From NCBI GenBank assembly GCA_958295765.1, contig CATQHB010000002.1:816091-880090 (forward strand): a DNA stretch of 64,000 bases. The letters are read 5' to 3'. Shown piece by piece: positions 16,286 to 24,313 of the stretch (within the stretch, counting starts at the first letter, position 1; each line of letters begins with the position of its first letter). Under the pieces are notes generated by a model, which was given only the letters and a program-made list of their open reading frames with translations, searched no databases and was not told the origin of the DNA. The DNA is from an uncultured Dehalococcoidia bacterium (lineage in GTDB: Bacteria > Chloroflexota > Dehalococcoidia > Lucifugimonadales > UBA3495). Position numbers and translations under genes: made by a program.

Positions 16286-17038
16286 TCAGGTAGCCGGGTT
16301 CCGTCCGTTGGGAAATACCGCCCCCTCCTCGGTGAACTGCACTCCTTGAGCGCGCATCATTGAGGTGGCGCCGCTGCGGGCGATGGCCCGTAGTACGTTA
16401 GCCACCAGGCCGGCGTTCTTGCGGACTTCTTTGTGGGGAGCGGGAATTACTACTTCCGGGGTCTCATCAAGCAAACCCCATTGGGGCGGCATTTTCCGGT
16501 GGGCCACCAGTCCCCGGGGCGCCATTATGTAGTGGTAGTCAGCGATGTTCAGAAAACGGGGGTCATGGAACTTGATGCTGAAGGCGGCTACCCGCTTCCG
16601 GTAGGCGCTTTCCTCCCGGCGGAGGCGTTCATAGTCGGCCAGGGCCAGTTGGTAGGATAGTTCCTGCTCCCAACCTTCGGGACTGACCTGTTGGGCGTAC
16701 TTGGTGGCCTGAGTCAGAGTTCGCCGGGCCAGCCGGCCCCGCCGGAGCAGCGGCTCACTCCGCTCTTTCAGGGCGTCCAAGTCTGCCGGCGTATGATTAT
16801 CCTGGGCAAAGTCGGCGCGGCTGGCCTTAACCTCGACCAGGTAAATCACATTGCCCGGCCCGACGCCTACCAAATCCGCCACTCGACCGCCGGGGCCTTC
16901 CAGCCGCACCTCCAGGCCAATACAGCGGCACCGGGCCACCGAATAGAGCCACTCCCAAGCCGCCCACTTCAAGGAGTAGGTGAGCTTGCTTTCGTTGCCG
17001 CGCTTGAATATCTGCCTATCCACATCCCCGGCGCTCAT
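16286..17038 (-). CDS. PD-(D/E)XK nuclease-like protein, MmcB-like, with a helical insertion
   Basis: 250 aa. RVADLVGV...IYLVEVKASRADF (D...EVK) and a later ADYHYIMAPRGLV...PPQWGLL block resemble the MmcB/DUF1052 layout. Confidence 0.55.
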   Translation of the reverse strand: MSAGDVDRQIFKRGNESKLTYSLKWAAWEWLYSVARCRCIGLEVRLEGPGGRVADLVGVGPGNVIYLVEVKASRADFAQDNHTPADLDALKERSEPLLRRGRLARRTLTQATKYAQQVSPEGWEQELSYQLALADYERLRREESAYRKRVAAFSIKFHDPRFLNIADYHYIMAPRGLVAHRKMPPQWGLLDETPEVVIPAPHKEVRKNAGLVANVLRAIARSGATSMMRAQGVQFTEEGAVFPNGRNPAT

Positions 17039-17139
17039 CGGCCCTTTTCTCTATCCCCTTACCCCGGCATCTCTCTTGGGGAGAGAGCCGGATTGAGAGC
17101 TGAATATCTCTGGAGAGCCAATCCGGGGGCGGGGAAAGC

Positions 17140-18162
17140 CTAACCCGCTGCTTGCAGGCGGCGGATGATGCGCCGCAACTGTTCCTCGTCCGCCTCCCCG
17201 GCGGTGGCTACCGACAGGCCCACCTCATCCACCAAACCGCCGTAGCGTTCCAGCAGTTGCTCCGCTACTTCGTCGTACTCGCCGACTACGGCAAAGGCGT
17301 CCAGCATTTCGTCGCTGACCAACTCTCCCATCTCCTCCCACCGTCCTTCCAGGGACATTTGATGCAGCCGCTGCCCGATTTCCTGAAAGCCGTGACATTC
17401 CAAAACCGGCAGGTAGGTGCGGGTGGAGGCGTAAAAGGCGATGCGGCGGCGGGCTTCCCGGTCGGCTTCCCGCAGGGCGGCCCGGTTGGGGCCGGTAACG
17501 ATGAAACCGCCCCCGTTAATCTTTACCTGCGCCGGATTGCGTCCCGTCCTTTCCGCGCCGGCGGCAATGTTGGGCCGGACTACCCGGCGCACGTATTCCG
17601 CCGAAGTAAAGGTATGCAGCGTCAACCCGTCGCTGACCTCGCCGGCGACCCGGCAGTTGTAGGCATTGACCGCCGCGTTGAACACCGGGGGCGGTTCGTG
17701 TTGGCCGGGGCCGGGGCTGAAAAAGGGCGTCATCAGAGAAAATTGGTAGAACCGGCCCCGGAAATCCAGCCGCTCCCCGGTGTCCCAGGCCCGCCAGATA
17801 CTCCGCAGGGATTGGATATACTCCCGCAGCTTGGGGCCGGGCGACTCCCAGACGGTGGAAAAGCGCCGCTCAATGTGGCCCTTAACCTGCGTCCCCAGAC
17901 CCAGCCGGAACCGGCCCCCGGACAAGTCCTGCAAGTCCCGGCCGGTGTAGGCAACCACCATAGGGGAGCGGGGAAAGGCAATCGCTACGTGGGTTTCCAG
18001 GGTAACCCGGGAGGTAGCGGTGGCGGCCAGGGTGAGGGCCACAAAGGGGTCATGGGCCGTTTCGCTGCTGGAAACGCCGTCATAGCCCATTGCCTCGGCC
18101 CAGGCCGCCTCGGCAGCCACGGCTGGCATATTTTGAGAACTCAAGTGGTAAGTTACCCGCAT
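17140..18162 (-). CDS. LLM-class (luciferase-like) F420-dependent oxidoreductase
   Basis: 340 aa. Pattern GYDGVSSSETAHDPF...GGRFRLGLGTQVKGHIERRF is typical of the LLM family. Confidence 0.8.
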   Translation of the reverse strand: MRVTYHLSSQNMPAVAAEAAWAEAMGYDGVSSSETAHDPFVALTLAATATSRVTLETHVAIAFPRSPMVVAYTGRDLQDLSGGRFRLGLGTQVKGHIERRFSTVWESPGPKLREYIQSLRSIWRAWDTGERLDFRGRFYQFSLMTPFFSPGPGQHEPPPVFNAAVNAYNCRVAGEVSDGLTLHTFTSAEYVRRVVRPNIAAGAERTGRNPAQVKINGGGFIVTGPNRAALREADREARRRIAFYASTRTYLPVLECHGFQEIGQRLHQMSLEGRWEEMGELVSDEMLDAFAVVGEYDEVAEQLLERYGGLVDEVGLSVATAGEADEEQLRRIIRRLQAAG

Positions 18163-18171
18163 ACTTATCCT

Positions 18172-18525
18172 CTACCCGGAGGCCAGTTCGCCGTAAAGCT
18201 GGTCGGTCTTGGCGGCCATGATGAAGTCGTTGCGGTGCAGATTGCGTATCTTGTGCGTCCACCAGGTTACGCCCACCCGTCCCCACTCAGTTACTAGCTT
18301 GGGGTGGTGGCCTTCGGACTCGGCCAGGTCGCCGACGGCCTGGGTGAAGTCCAGGGCCTGCTGGAAGTTGGAAAACTTGAACACCCGGTCCAGCTTGGGA
18401 ACCCCGGCGTCGTCCAGCATTTCCCACCCGGCCACGGTGGGGCGCAACGCATCAATTTCCGCAGTAGTTACCGCCGGCGAGTCCCGGCGGCAGGCAACGC
18501 ATTTCTCCTGATAAAGCTGGGTCAT
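18172..18525 (-). CDS. Pterin-4-alpha-carbinolamine dehydratase
   Basis: 117 aa. EGHHPKL...WTHK motif. AGGAGG SD. Confidence 0.85.
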   Translation of the reverse strand: MTQLYQEKCVACRRDSPAVTTAEIDALRPTVAGWEMLDDAGVPKLDRVFKFSNFQQALDFTQAVGDLAESEGHHPKLVTEWGRVGVTWWTHKIRNLHRNDFIMAAKTDQLYGELASG

Positions 18526-18630
18526 TGCAACCTCCTGTATTCAGGGCAATGGGGTTCACATAAAGTTTATGCCGATATTGTAGCATATAAACGGCGGGGA
18601 TTTGTTCACCGGGAGCGTGGGCATAGACCA

Positions 18631-18727
18631 CCGTCGTTCCGGCGAAAGCCGGAATCCAGAACCTTCGGTAGCCGACTCGCTCTTTCCCCGGGGATTTCCT
18701 GGATTCCGGCTTTCGCCGGAACGACGG
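18631..18727. repeat. Family-b palindromic element, copy 4 (centre inverted relative to copy 1)
   Basis: Same arms; the central segment is the reverse complement of that in 2298..2395. Confidence 0.9.
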
Positions 18728-18738
18728 TTTTAGGGCCT

Positions 18739-18838
18739 TAATCACGGGTTTATGAGGTTTGACGGTTTTATAGCCGTAATCACGGGTTTATAGGGTTTGG
18801 CGGGTTTATGCCGGAAAGACGGGTTCACAAAGTTTATA
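18739..18838. promoter_or_regulatory. Array of CGGGTTTAT-type short direct repeats in a divergent promoter region
   Basis: TAATCACGGGTTTAT at 18739 and 18777. CGG(G/T)TTTAT also at 18763 and 18801, with spacing of about 18-20 bp. GGGTTCACAAAGTTTAT at 18821 has a partner at 18551. Confidence 0.3.
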
Positions 18839-18934
18839 ATGGGGTTGCCCGGTCTCGGCGCAAGCCTTGAGCAATCCCCGGATTCAGGATATAGTCAGGG
18901 TTGAGAATGATGCCCCCGGTGGAGGTGAGGAACT

Positions 18935-19762
18935 ATGATATTTGGCGCGATAACCAACTCCTGGCGCAATCAGCTAATGGAGCAAAGTCTGGCGGAACTG
19001 GTGGCCGAGGCGCAGGCCCGGGGTTCCCGCCACGTGGAACTGCGGCAGACCTGCCTGGGCGACTGCGAAAGCGGTCAGGGGGCCGACTGGCGGCCCAACC
19101 TGGCCGGCCTGCAAGCCATTGCCGACGGGTTTCCCGACCTGGCCTTTGACCTGGCGATGGCCCTGCCCTGCCTGACCGGCCAGGTTGACCCGGCCGGCGA
19201 GCAGTTCCAGATGGCGTTGGAAGGGGCTAAAATCGTGGGCCGGGAAACGCCGCACCTGCGGGTAGTTGACCCCGGTTCCTTTGACGCGGCTTGGGAGCAG
19301 GCCGCAGACTTGCCGGAATCGGCGCTGGGCCTGGCCGACCTGGCCCGGGAAGCGGCCCGGCAGGGGGTCATCCTGTCCATTGAAAACTCCGGCCAGCCCA
19401 TCGGCAGCATGGCGCTGCTGGTTGGGGAGTGCCGCGCCCGTCTTACCCCTGCCGAGGGCGACTACCTGGGCCTGTGTCCCGACCCGACCAATCAACTGCG
19501 CCGTTTCCCGGATCGGGACGCGCTGGGCGATTTGGACGCCCTACCGATGGATATGCTCAAAATCGTCCACTTCAAGCAGGCCCGGGACGGGAATCCCCAC
19601 CCCACGGTGGATACCGGCGACCTGGATTGCGGGCAGATGCTGCGACTGCTGGAGGCCAAGGATTACCAGGGGCCGGCGATAATGGAAATTCCGCCCCACC
19701 CGGAGGTTTTTGACAACCTGACGGCCAGCTATGACTTTCTGCGCGCCGCCTCCGGGAGTTAG
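18935..19762 (+). CDS. Sugar phosphate isomerase/epimerase (xylose-isomerase-like TIM barrel)
   Basis: 275 aa. GGAGGTGAGG SD. Family assignment rests on overall pattern only. Confidence 0.55.
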   Translation: MIFGAITNSWRNQLMEQSLAELVAEAQARGSRHVELRQTCLGDCESGQGADWRPNLAGLQAIADGFPDLAFDLAMALPCLTGQVDPAGEQFQMALEGAKIVGRETPHLRVVDPGSFDAAWEQAADLPESALGLADLAREAARQGVILSIENSGQPIGSMALLVGECRARLTPAEGDYLGLCPDPTNQLRRFPDRDALGDLDALPMDMLKIVHFKQARDGNPHPTVDTGDLDCGQMLRLLEAKDYQGPAIMEIPPHPEVFDNLTASYDFLRAASGS

Positions 19763-19798
19763 CCCAATTTTCCAGCCAGAGGAGGGCAGCAACCGCCC

Positions 19799-21148
19799 GT
19801 GACCGACTATAGCAATTACACCGTGTCCATCCATTACGACCGCCGCCTGTACCGCCAGGACATTGCCGGTTCTATTGCCCACGCGCGGATGCTGGCCCGC
19901 CAGGGCATCATCCCCGCCGAGGACGCCGAAACCATCATTGGCGGGCTGAAGGCGGTGGAGGGGGAGATTGAATCGGGCGAGTTTTCCTGGGATGCCTCCC
20001 TGGAAGACTTGCACATGAACATTGAACGGCGGTTGACCCAACTGGTCGGGCCGGTGGGGGGACGGCTCCATACCGGACGCTCCCGCAATGACCAGATAGC
20101 CCTGGATTTGCGTCTCTATACCCGGGAAGTCATCCGGGACACGGTCCGGGGCTTGCGGGAGTTGCAGCTAGGGCTGGTTGACCTGGCGGAACGCTATGCC
20201 GGCGTGTTGATGCCCGGCTATACCCACTTGCAGCGGGCGCAGCCGGTACTGTTTGCCCACCATTTGCTGGCCTACTTTCAGATGTTCAGGCGGGACGTGG
20301 CCCGTTTCCGGGACTGTTACCGCCGCGCCGACGTGCTGCCCCTGGGCAGCGGCGCCCTGGCCGGCGTGCCGTACCCCACCGACCGGGAGTTTCTGGCAAA
20401 AGAGCTGGGGTTCCCGGCGATAACCGCCAACAGTATGGACGCCGTTTCCGACCGGGACTTTCTGTTGGAGTACCAGTCGGCGGCCTCCATCTGCATGATG
20501 CACCTGTCCCGGCTGTCTGAGGAAATAGTAATCTGGTCCAGCCGGGAGTTCGGCTTTATTCGCCTGTCCGACGAGTTCACCACCGGCAGCAGCATAATGC
20601 CCCAGAAGCGGAACCCGGATTTCGCCGAGTTGGCCCGGGGCAAGACCGGCCGGGTTTACGGTCACCTGATGGCCCTGCTGACGATAATGAAGGGGCTGCC
20701 CCTGACCTATAACCGGGACTTACAGGAGGACAAGGAAGGCTTTTTCGATACGGTGGACACCCTGCTGGCTACGCTGGGCGTGTTCCGGGGGATGCTGGCC
20801 GGGCTGACCCTGAATGAGGAGCAGGTAACCCGGCTGGCCGGGGAAAGCTATATGCTGGCTACCGACCTGGCCGACTACCTGGTGGGCCGGGGCGTGCCCT
20901 TCCGGGAAGCCCACGGAATAATGCGCCGACTGTGCGACTATTGCGAAACCGAGGGTAGAGAATTGCCTGAGCTTTCCCTGGAGGACTATCGCCGGTTCTC
21001 CGCCCACTTTGACGCCGGCGTTTATGAGATAACCGCCCTGGCCGCGGTCACGGCGCGGGACAACCCTGGCGGAACCGCGCCCAACCGGGTGGCCGATGCG
21101 TTGGGCCAGGCCAGGCAACTGTTGGAGGCAGAAGGGGATGACCTCTGA
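19799..21148 (+). CDS. argH: Argininosuccinate lyase (short N-terminus)
   Basis: Fumarate-lyase signature GSSIMPQKRNPD and HTGRSRNDQ. GTG start. An in-frame TAG at 19760 forbids a longer N-terminus. Confidence 0.9.
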   Translation: MTDYSNYTVSIHYDRRLYRQDIAGSIAHARMLARQGIIPAEDAETIIGGLKAVEGEIESGEFSWDASLEDLHMNIERRLTQLVGPVGGRLHTGRSRNDQIALDLRLYTREVIRDTVRGLRELQLGLVDLAERYAGVLMPGYTHLQRAQPVLFAHHLLAYFQMFRRDVARFRDCYRRADVLPLGSGALAGVPYPTDREFLAKELGFPAITANSMDAVSDRDFLLEYQSAASICMMHLSRLSEEIVIWSSREFGFIRLSDEFTTGSSIMPQKRNPDFAELARGKTGRVYGHLMALLTIMKGLPLTYNRDLQEDKEGFFDTVDTLLATLGVFRGMLAGLTLNEEQVTRLAGESYMLATDLADYLVGRGVPFREAHGIMRRLCDYCETEGRELPELSLEDYRRFSAHFDAGVYEITALAAVTARDNPGGTAPNRVADALGQARQLLEAEGDDL

Positions 21149-21857
21149 TCTGACCGCTGAATCAAAAGGCGAGGCACACATCCAGATTGCGCCGTCAATT
21201 CTGGCCGCCGACTTTGCCAACCTGGGCCGCCAGGTATCCGAAGTTACTGCGGCCGGCGCCGACCTGATTCACGTGGACGTGATGGACGGGCGGTTCGTAC
21301 CCAACATCTCCTTCGGCGAGGTGGTGGTGGACGCGGTGCGCCAATACACTCACTTGCCGCTGAACATCCACCTGATGATTGAAGAGCCGGGCAACCTGAT
21401 GTCCTCATTCCTCAAGGCGGCCACCGACCAGGTAATTGTCCACGCCGAAGCCTGCACCCACTTGCACCGCACCGTCTTTCAGGTCAAGGAGCAGGGCGGG
21501 CAGGTGGGGGTGGCACTGAACCCCGGCACGCCGATAGCGGCGGTAGAGGAAGTGCTGCCCTTTCTGGACCTGGTGCTGGTGATGACGGTGAACCCCGGCT
21601 TTGGCGGCCAGAGCTTTATACCTGGCGCCCTGGACAAGGTGCGGCGGTTGAGCGGAATAATCCGGGCCAACGGCTACGCCGCCCAGGTTGAAGTGGACGG
21701 CGGGGTCAAGGCAGACCAAACGGCCCAGGACTCGGTGCGCGCCGGGGCCACCATCCTGGTAGCCGGCACGGCCATCTACAACCGGGAAGAGCCGGTGCCG
21801 GCGGCAATGGAGAAAATGCGGGCCTGTGTGCGGGGGTTGGGGGTAGCGAAGTGTTGA
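21138..21857 (+). CDS. rpe: Ribulose-phosphate 3-epimerase
   Basis: IAPSILAADFANLG and IHVDVMDGRFVPN. ATG at 21138 overlaps the argH stop. Confidence 0.9.
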   Translation: MTSDLTAESKGEAHIQIAPSILAADFANLGRQVSEVTAAGADLIHVDVMDGRFVPNISFGEVVVDAVRQYTHLPLNIHLMIEEPGNLMSSFLKAATDQVIVHAEACTHLHRTVFQVKEQGGQVGVALNPGTPIAAVEEVLPFLDLVLVMTVNPGFGGQSFIPGALDKVRRLSGIIRANGYAAQVEVDGGVKADQTAQDSVRAGATILVAGTAIYNREEPVPAAMEKMRACVRGLGVAKC

Positions 21858-21948
21858 GATTGGTATTAGGCCGTGACCAACATAAACATCAGCTAAACTG
21901 GCTGTGCATAGTTGCTCCGGTGAGGTAAGAGAGTCCTGCCGAGGACAT

Positions 21949-22134
21949 TTATCCGAATAGACGACGGCCTCCTTTGTTTACGCCCACGTCCAGCCTCCAT
22001 GCCCCGACACGCTTACGTCGACTGTAAGGTTTCTTGCCAGCTTTCGTAGCCTCTTTGTATAGCTCCTCGTCTATAGGTATCGTCTGGACTCTTACCGATA
22101 TAGTAGGCTTGTTGACACGGTTTCGTTTTGGCAT
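21949..22134 (-). CDS. Small highly basic hypothetical protein (cassette gene)
   Basis: 61 aa, Lys/Arg-rich. ATG start. Own promoter-like motif upstream. Lies in an AT-richer insert bracketed by a 29-bp direct repeat. Confidence 0.4.
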   Translation of the reverse strand: MPKRNRVNKPTISVRVQTIPIDEELYKEATKAGKKPYSRRKRVGAWRLDVGVNKGGRRLFG

Positions 22135-22285
22135 GGTGGAAACCCCTCTCTAGGTTTTCGCTGGAACAGGGGAAATCAGGCCATTTGAGAGATTATTCTG
22201 CGACAGAGACGCAGAGATTCACAGAGGAAAGCTACTACTCTCTGTCTCCGTTTGCCCCCGGTTAGACCCCGGTAGAGTGTCGTCC

Positions 22286-22314
22286 AGATTACCACACCGG
22301 CGGATGGCAGACAA
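22286..22314 (-). promoter_or_regulatory. Sigma-70-like promoter (TTGTCT-17-TAATCT) for the small basic ORF
   Basis: On the minus strand, the -35 is at 22314..22309 and the -10 at 22291..22286. The region is a near copy of the rpmB promoter. Confidence 0.4.
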
Positions 22315-22422
22315 GCAGGGCTGGCCGTCAATCATGGCCGCTGCAATGCGGGCCTGTGTGCGGGGGTTGGGGGCAGAGTAATAGTTGTTGCCGGCCGTCA
22401 GGGATAGCTCCGCTGGTTCGTG

Positions 22423-24312
22423 CTACTCTAAACTGATGACCCCCTGCCATCGCTCGCCCCGGCCGGTCCTGACAGTGATAATGTCGTATTCGGGCAATTG
22501 GCGTACCGCGATGCAACGGTCACCGATGCGCTGTCCATAATTGCCAAAAATGAAGTCCAGGTTGTCAAAGCCGTGCTCCTGGCGAAATTCCGGCAGGTCA
22601 TTCCGGTCAACCGGGTCTATGTGCACAAAGAATCGGGACTCCAGATCCTCCTGCTGGCAGGGATTTTGTACGTAGATCAAGTTTCTTTCCGCATCGCTTT
22701 CCTCAATATACACGGCATAGTTAGAACTGATTACCGGCTCCTGCCCGCCAATTATTTTATCCATCCTTGCCGTAAAAATTTCCTGTCTGGCCCGGCGCTC
22801 CGAGTCCAGAATGTCGGTGTGTTCTGGATTGATGATTTGGATTTGTCCTGAAAACGTAACCAGGTAAAGCAGCCCGTCCCGTTCCAGGATAGCGGTAACG
22901 TGGCTGGGAGTGTAGTTGAATATACGAGTTGGGGTAAAGGTTTCGTAGTCGAACCGGTCAATCACAAAACCGGTTTCGTCCGCGCTGATAGCGAGGTGGG
23001 CTACGTAAACGCCCTGTTCGTTGGCATAGGCAACGGTGGAAATGGTGCCTTGCAGCACGGCCACCGGCTCGATTACCTGCGCTTCCGGGGGCGCTTGATT
23101 AGTGCCGTAGTAGGGAAAGCCGTAGAACCCACCCTCTACTATGGCGTTCACTTCCTCCAACTGGCCGCCCTTAGCCAGGCCGTCCTCGGTGTCATTGTCC
23201 GCTCCGTAAATCACTCCGTCCGGGCCGATCGATATGCCGTAGATATTGCGGAAGCCGGTGGCATAGACCTCAACCGCGTCGGTTAGCCCGGCATCGTTGG
23301 GACGGAAGCGGGCGATTGTCCCCATCAATTCAGTGCGCCCTCCGTTTGCGGCGAGTTGGTCCACCGCCTGCATAATATGTCCGCCATCCAGTCGAGGCCC
23401 ACCGCCATAGGGATGCCCAATGCTGACATATACGTACTCGCCATCATTGACCAACCCGTTGGGACTATGGTCGTAAGCATAACTCAGCAGCTTGTCCACC
23501 ACCACTTGCCGGTCAGTGAGGGCGCCGTCCTCGCCGATGCGGTAAGACAAGATTTGAGCGCTGGACCGACTTAACAGATCATGCTGAAGATGGTCGGCGG
23601 TCACGCAGGGCCATCGGGTCATTTCCTGTTCGGCCTCGATCAATTCACAGACGTTGCCCATATCCGACAGGTAAAGCCGTCCGTTCAGCGCCGTCAAGCC
23701 CTGGGGAATGGTCAATCCCTCCAGCACGGTTTCCACTTCACCGGTTTCCACATCCAGCAAACGGATGCGGCCTTTGAAGTCGGCCAGATACATCCGGTCA
23801 TCGTCCAGCCAGGCCGCCGCCGTCAGTTGACCGCCCGGCGCCAGCCGCCCGCAATCGCCGTATTCATCGCAAGGCCCGGCCGGCTCCGGGGTAGCAGCCG
23901 GTTTTAAGGTAGTGTCGGTAGGGGCATCCGCATCAGATATTAGAACGGAGATCGTCGGGGGGGCGGGGGTAGAAGTAGGAGCAACAGGAATCGTTGCGGT
24001 GGGGGTGGCAACGATGGGAGCAGCAACGGTCGGGGTGGGTTGCGGCGGCGTTTCAGTCAATCTTACCGGAGTAGGGACGGCGGTAGGAATCGTTGCGGTG
24101 GGGGTAGCAACGATGGGAGCGACCACGGTCGGGGTAGGTTGCGGCGGCGTTTCAGTCAATCTTACCGGAGCAGGAGCAGGTTCCGACTCCGGCGTGTCGG
24201 TGCACCCTAAAGCAAAAGTGGTAGCGGCCAACGCCAGCAGCAGCAGAAATTTCTGCCACCGCGCCGCTCCTGCTTTTCCGGCCCACCGGCCTTGCAATTC
24301 AGCCGGCCCCAA
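22423..24312 (-). CDS. Lipoprotein with Pro/Thr repeat linker, SGDH-like (PQQ-dependent sugar dehydrogenase-type) beta-propeller and uncharacterised C-terminal domain (paralog 2)
   Basis: 629 aa. Lipobox FALGC. Motifs YATGFRNIYGISIGPDG...ADND...EEVNAIVEGGFYGFPYYG. TTG start 1 nt after the upstream stop. Confidence 0.65.
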   Translation of the reverse strand: MGPAELQGRWAGKAGAARWQKFLLLLALAATTFALGCTDTPESEPAPAPVRLTETPPQPTPTVVAPIVATPTATIPTAVPTPVRLTETPPQPTPTVAAPIVATPTATIPVAPTSTPAPPTISVLISDADAPTDTTLKPAATPEPAGPCDEYGDCGRLAPGGQLTAAAWLDDDRMYLADFKGRIRLLDVETGEVETVLEGLTIPQGLTALNGRLYLSDMGNVCELIEAEQEMTRWPCVTADHLQHDLLSRSSAQILSYRIGEDGALTDRQVVVDKLLSYAYDHSPNGLVNDGEYVYVSIGHPYGGGPRLDGGHIMQAVDQLAANGGRTELMGTIARFRPNDAGLTDAVEVYATGFRNIYGISIGPDGVIYGADNDTEDGLAKGGQLEEVNAIVEGGFYGFPYYGTNQAPPEAQVIEPVAVLQGTISTVAYANEQGVYVAHLAISADETGFVIDRFDYETFTPTRIFNYTPSHVTAILERDGLLYLVTFSGQIQIINPEHTDILDSERRARQEIFTARMDKIIGGQEPVISSNYAVYIEESDAERNLIYVQNPCQQEDLESRFFVHIDPVDRNDLPEFRQEHGFDNLDFIFGNYGQRIGDRCIAVRQLPEYDIITVRTGRGERWQGVISLE

Positions 24313-24313
24313 C

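Noticed and set aside
21858-22422. Small basic ORF as a missed ribosomal protein (for example L33/L34/L35/L36)
   Set aside because: The sequence does not match any ribosomal protein family I can recall. Only the promoter similarity to rpmB and the high pI point that way, so this is kept as a finding rather than an annotation.
22328-22516. 62-aa minus-strand ORF overlapping the duplicated rpe terminus and the lipoprotein gene 3' end
   Set aside because: It has no SD, overlaps a supported gene, and is explained by the repeat footprint.
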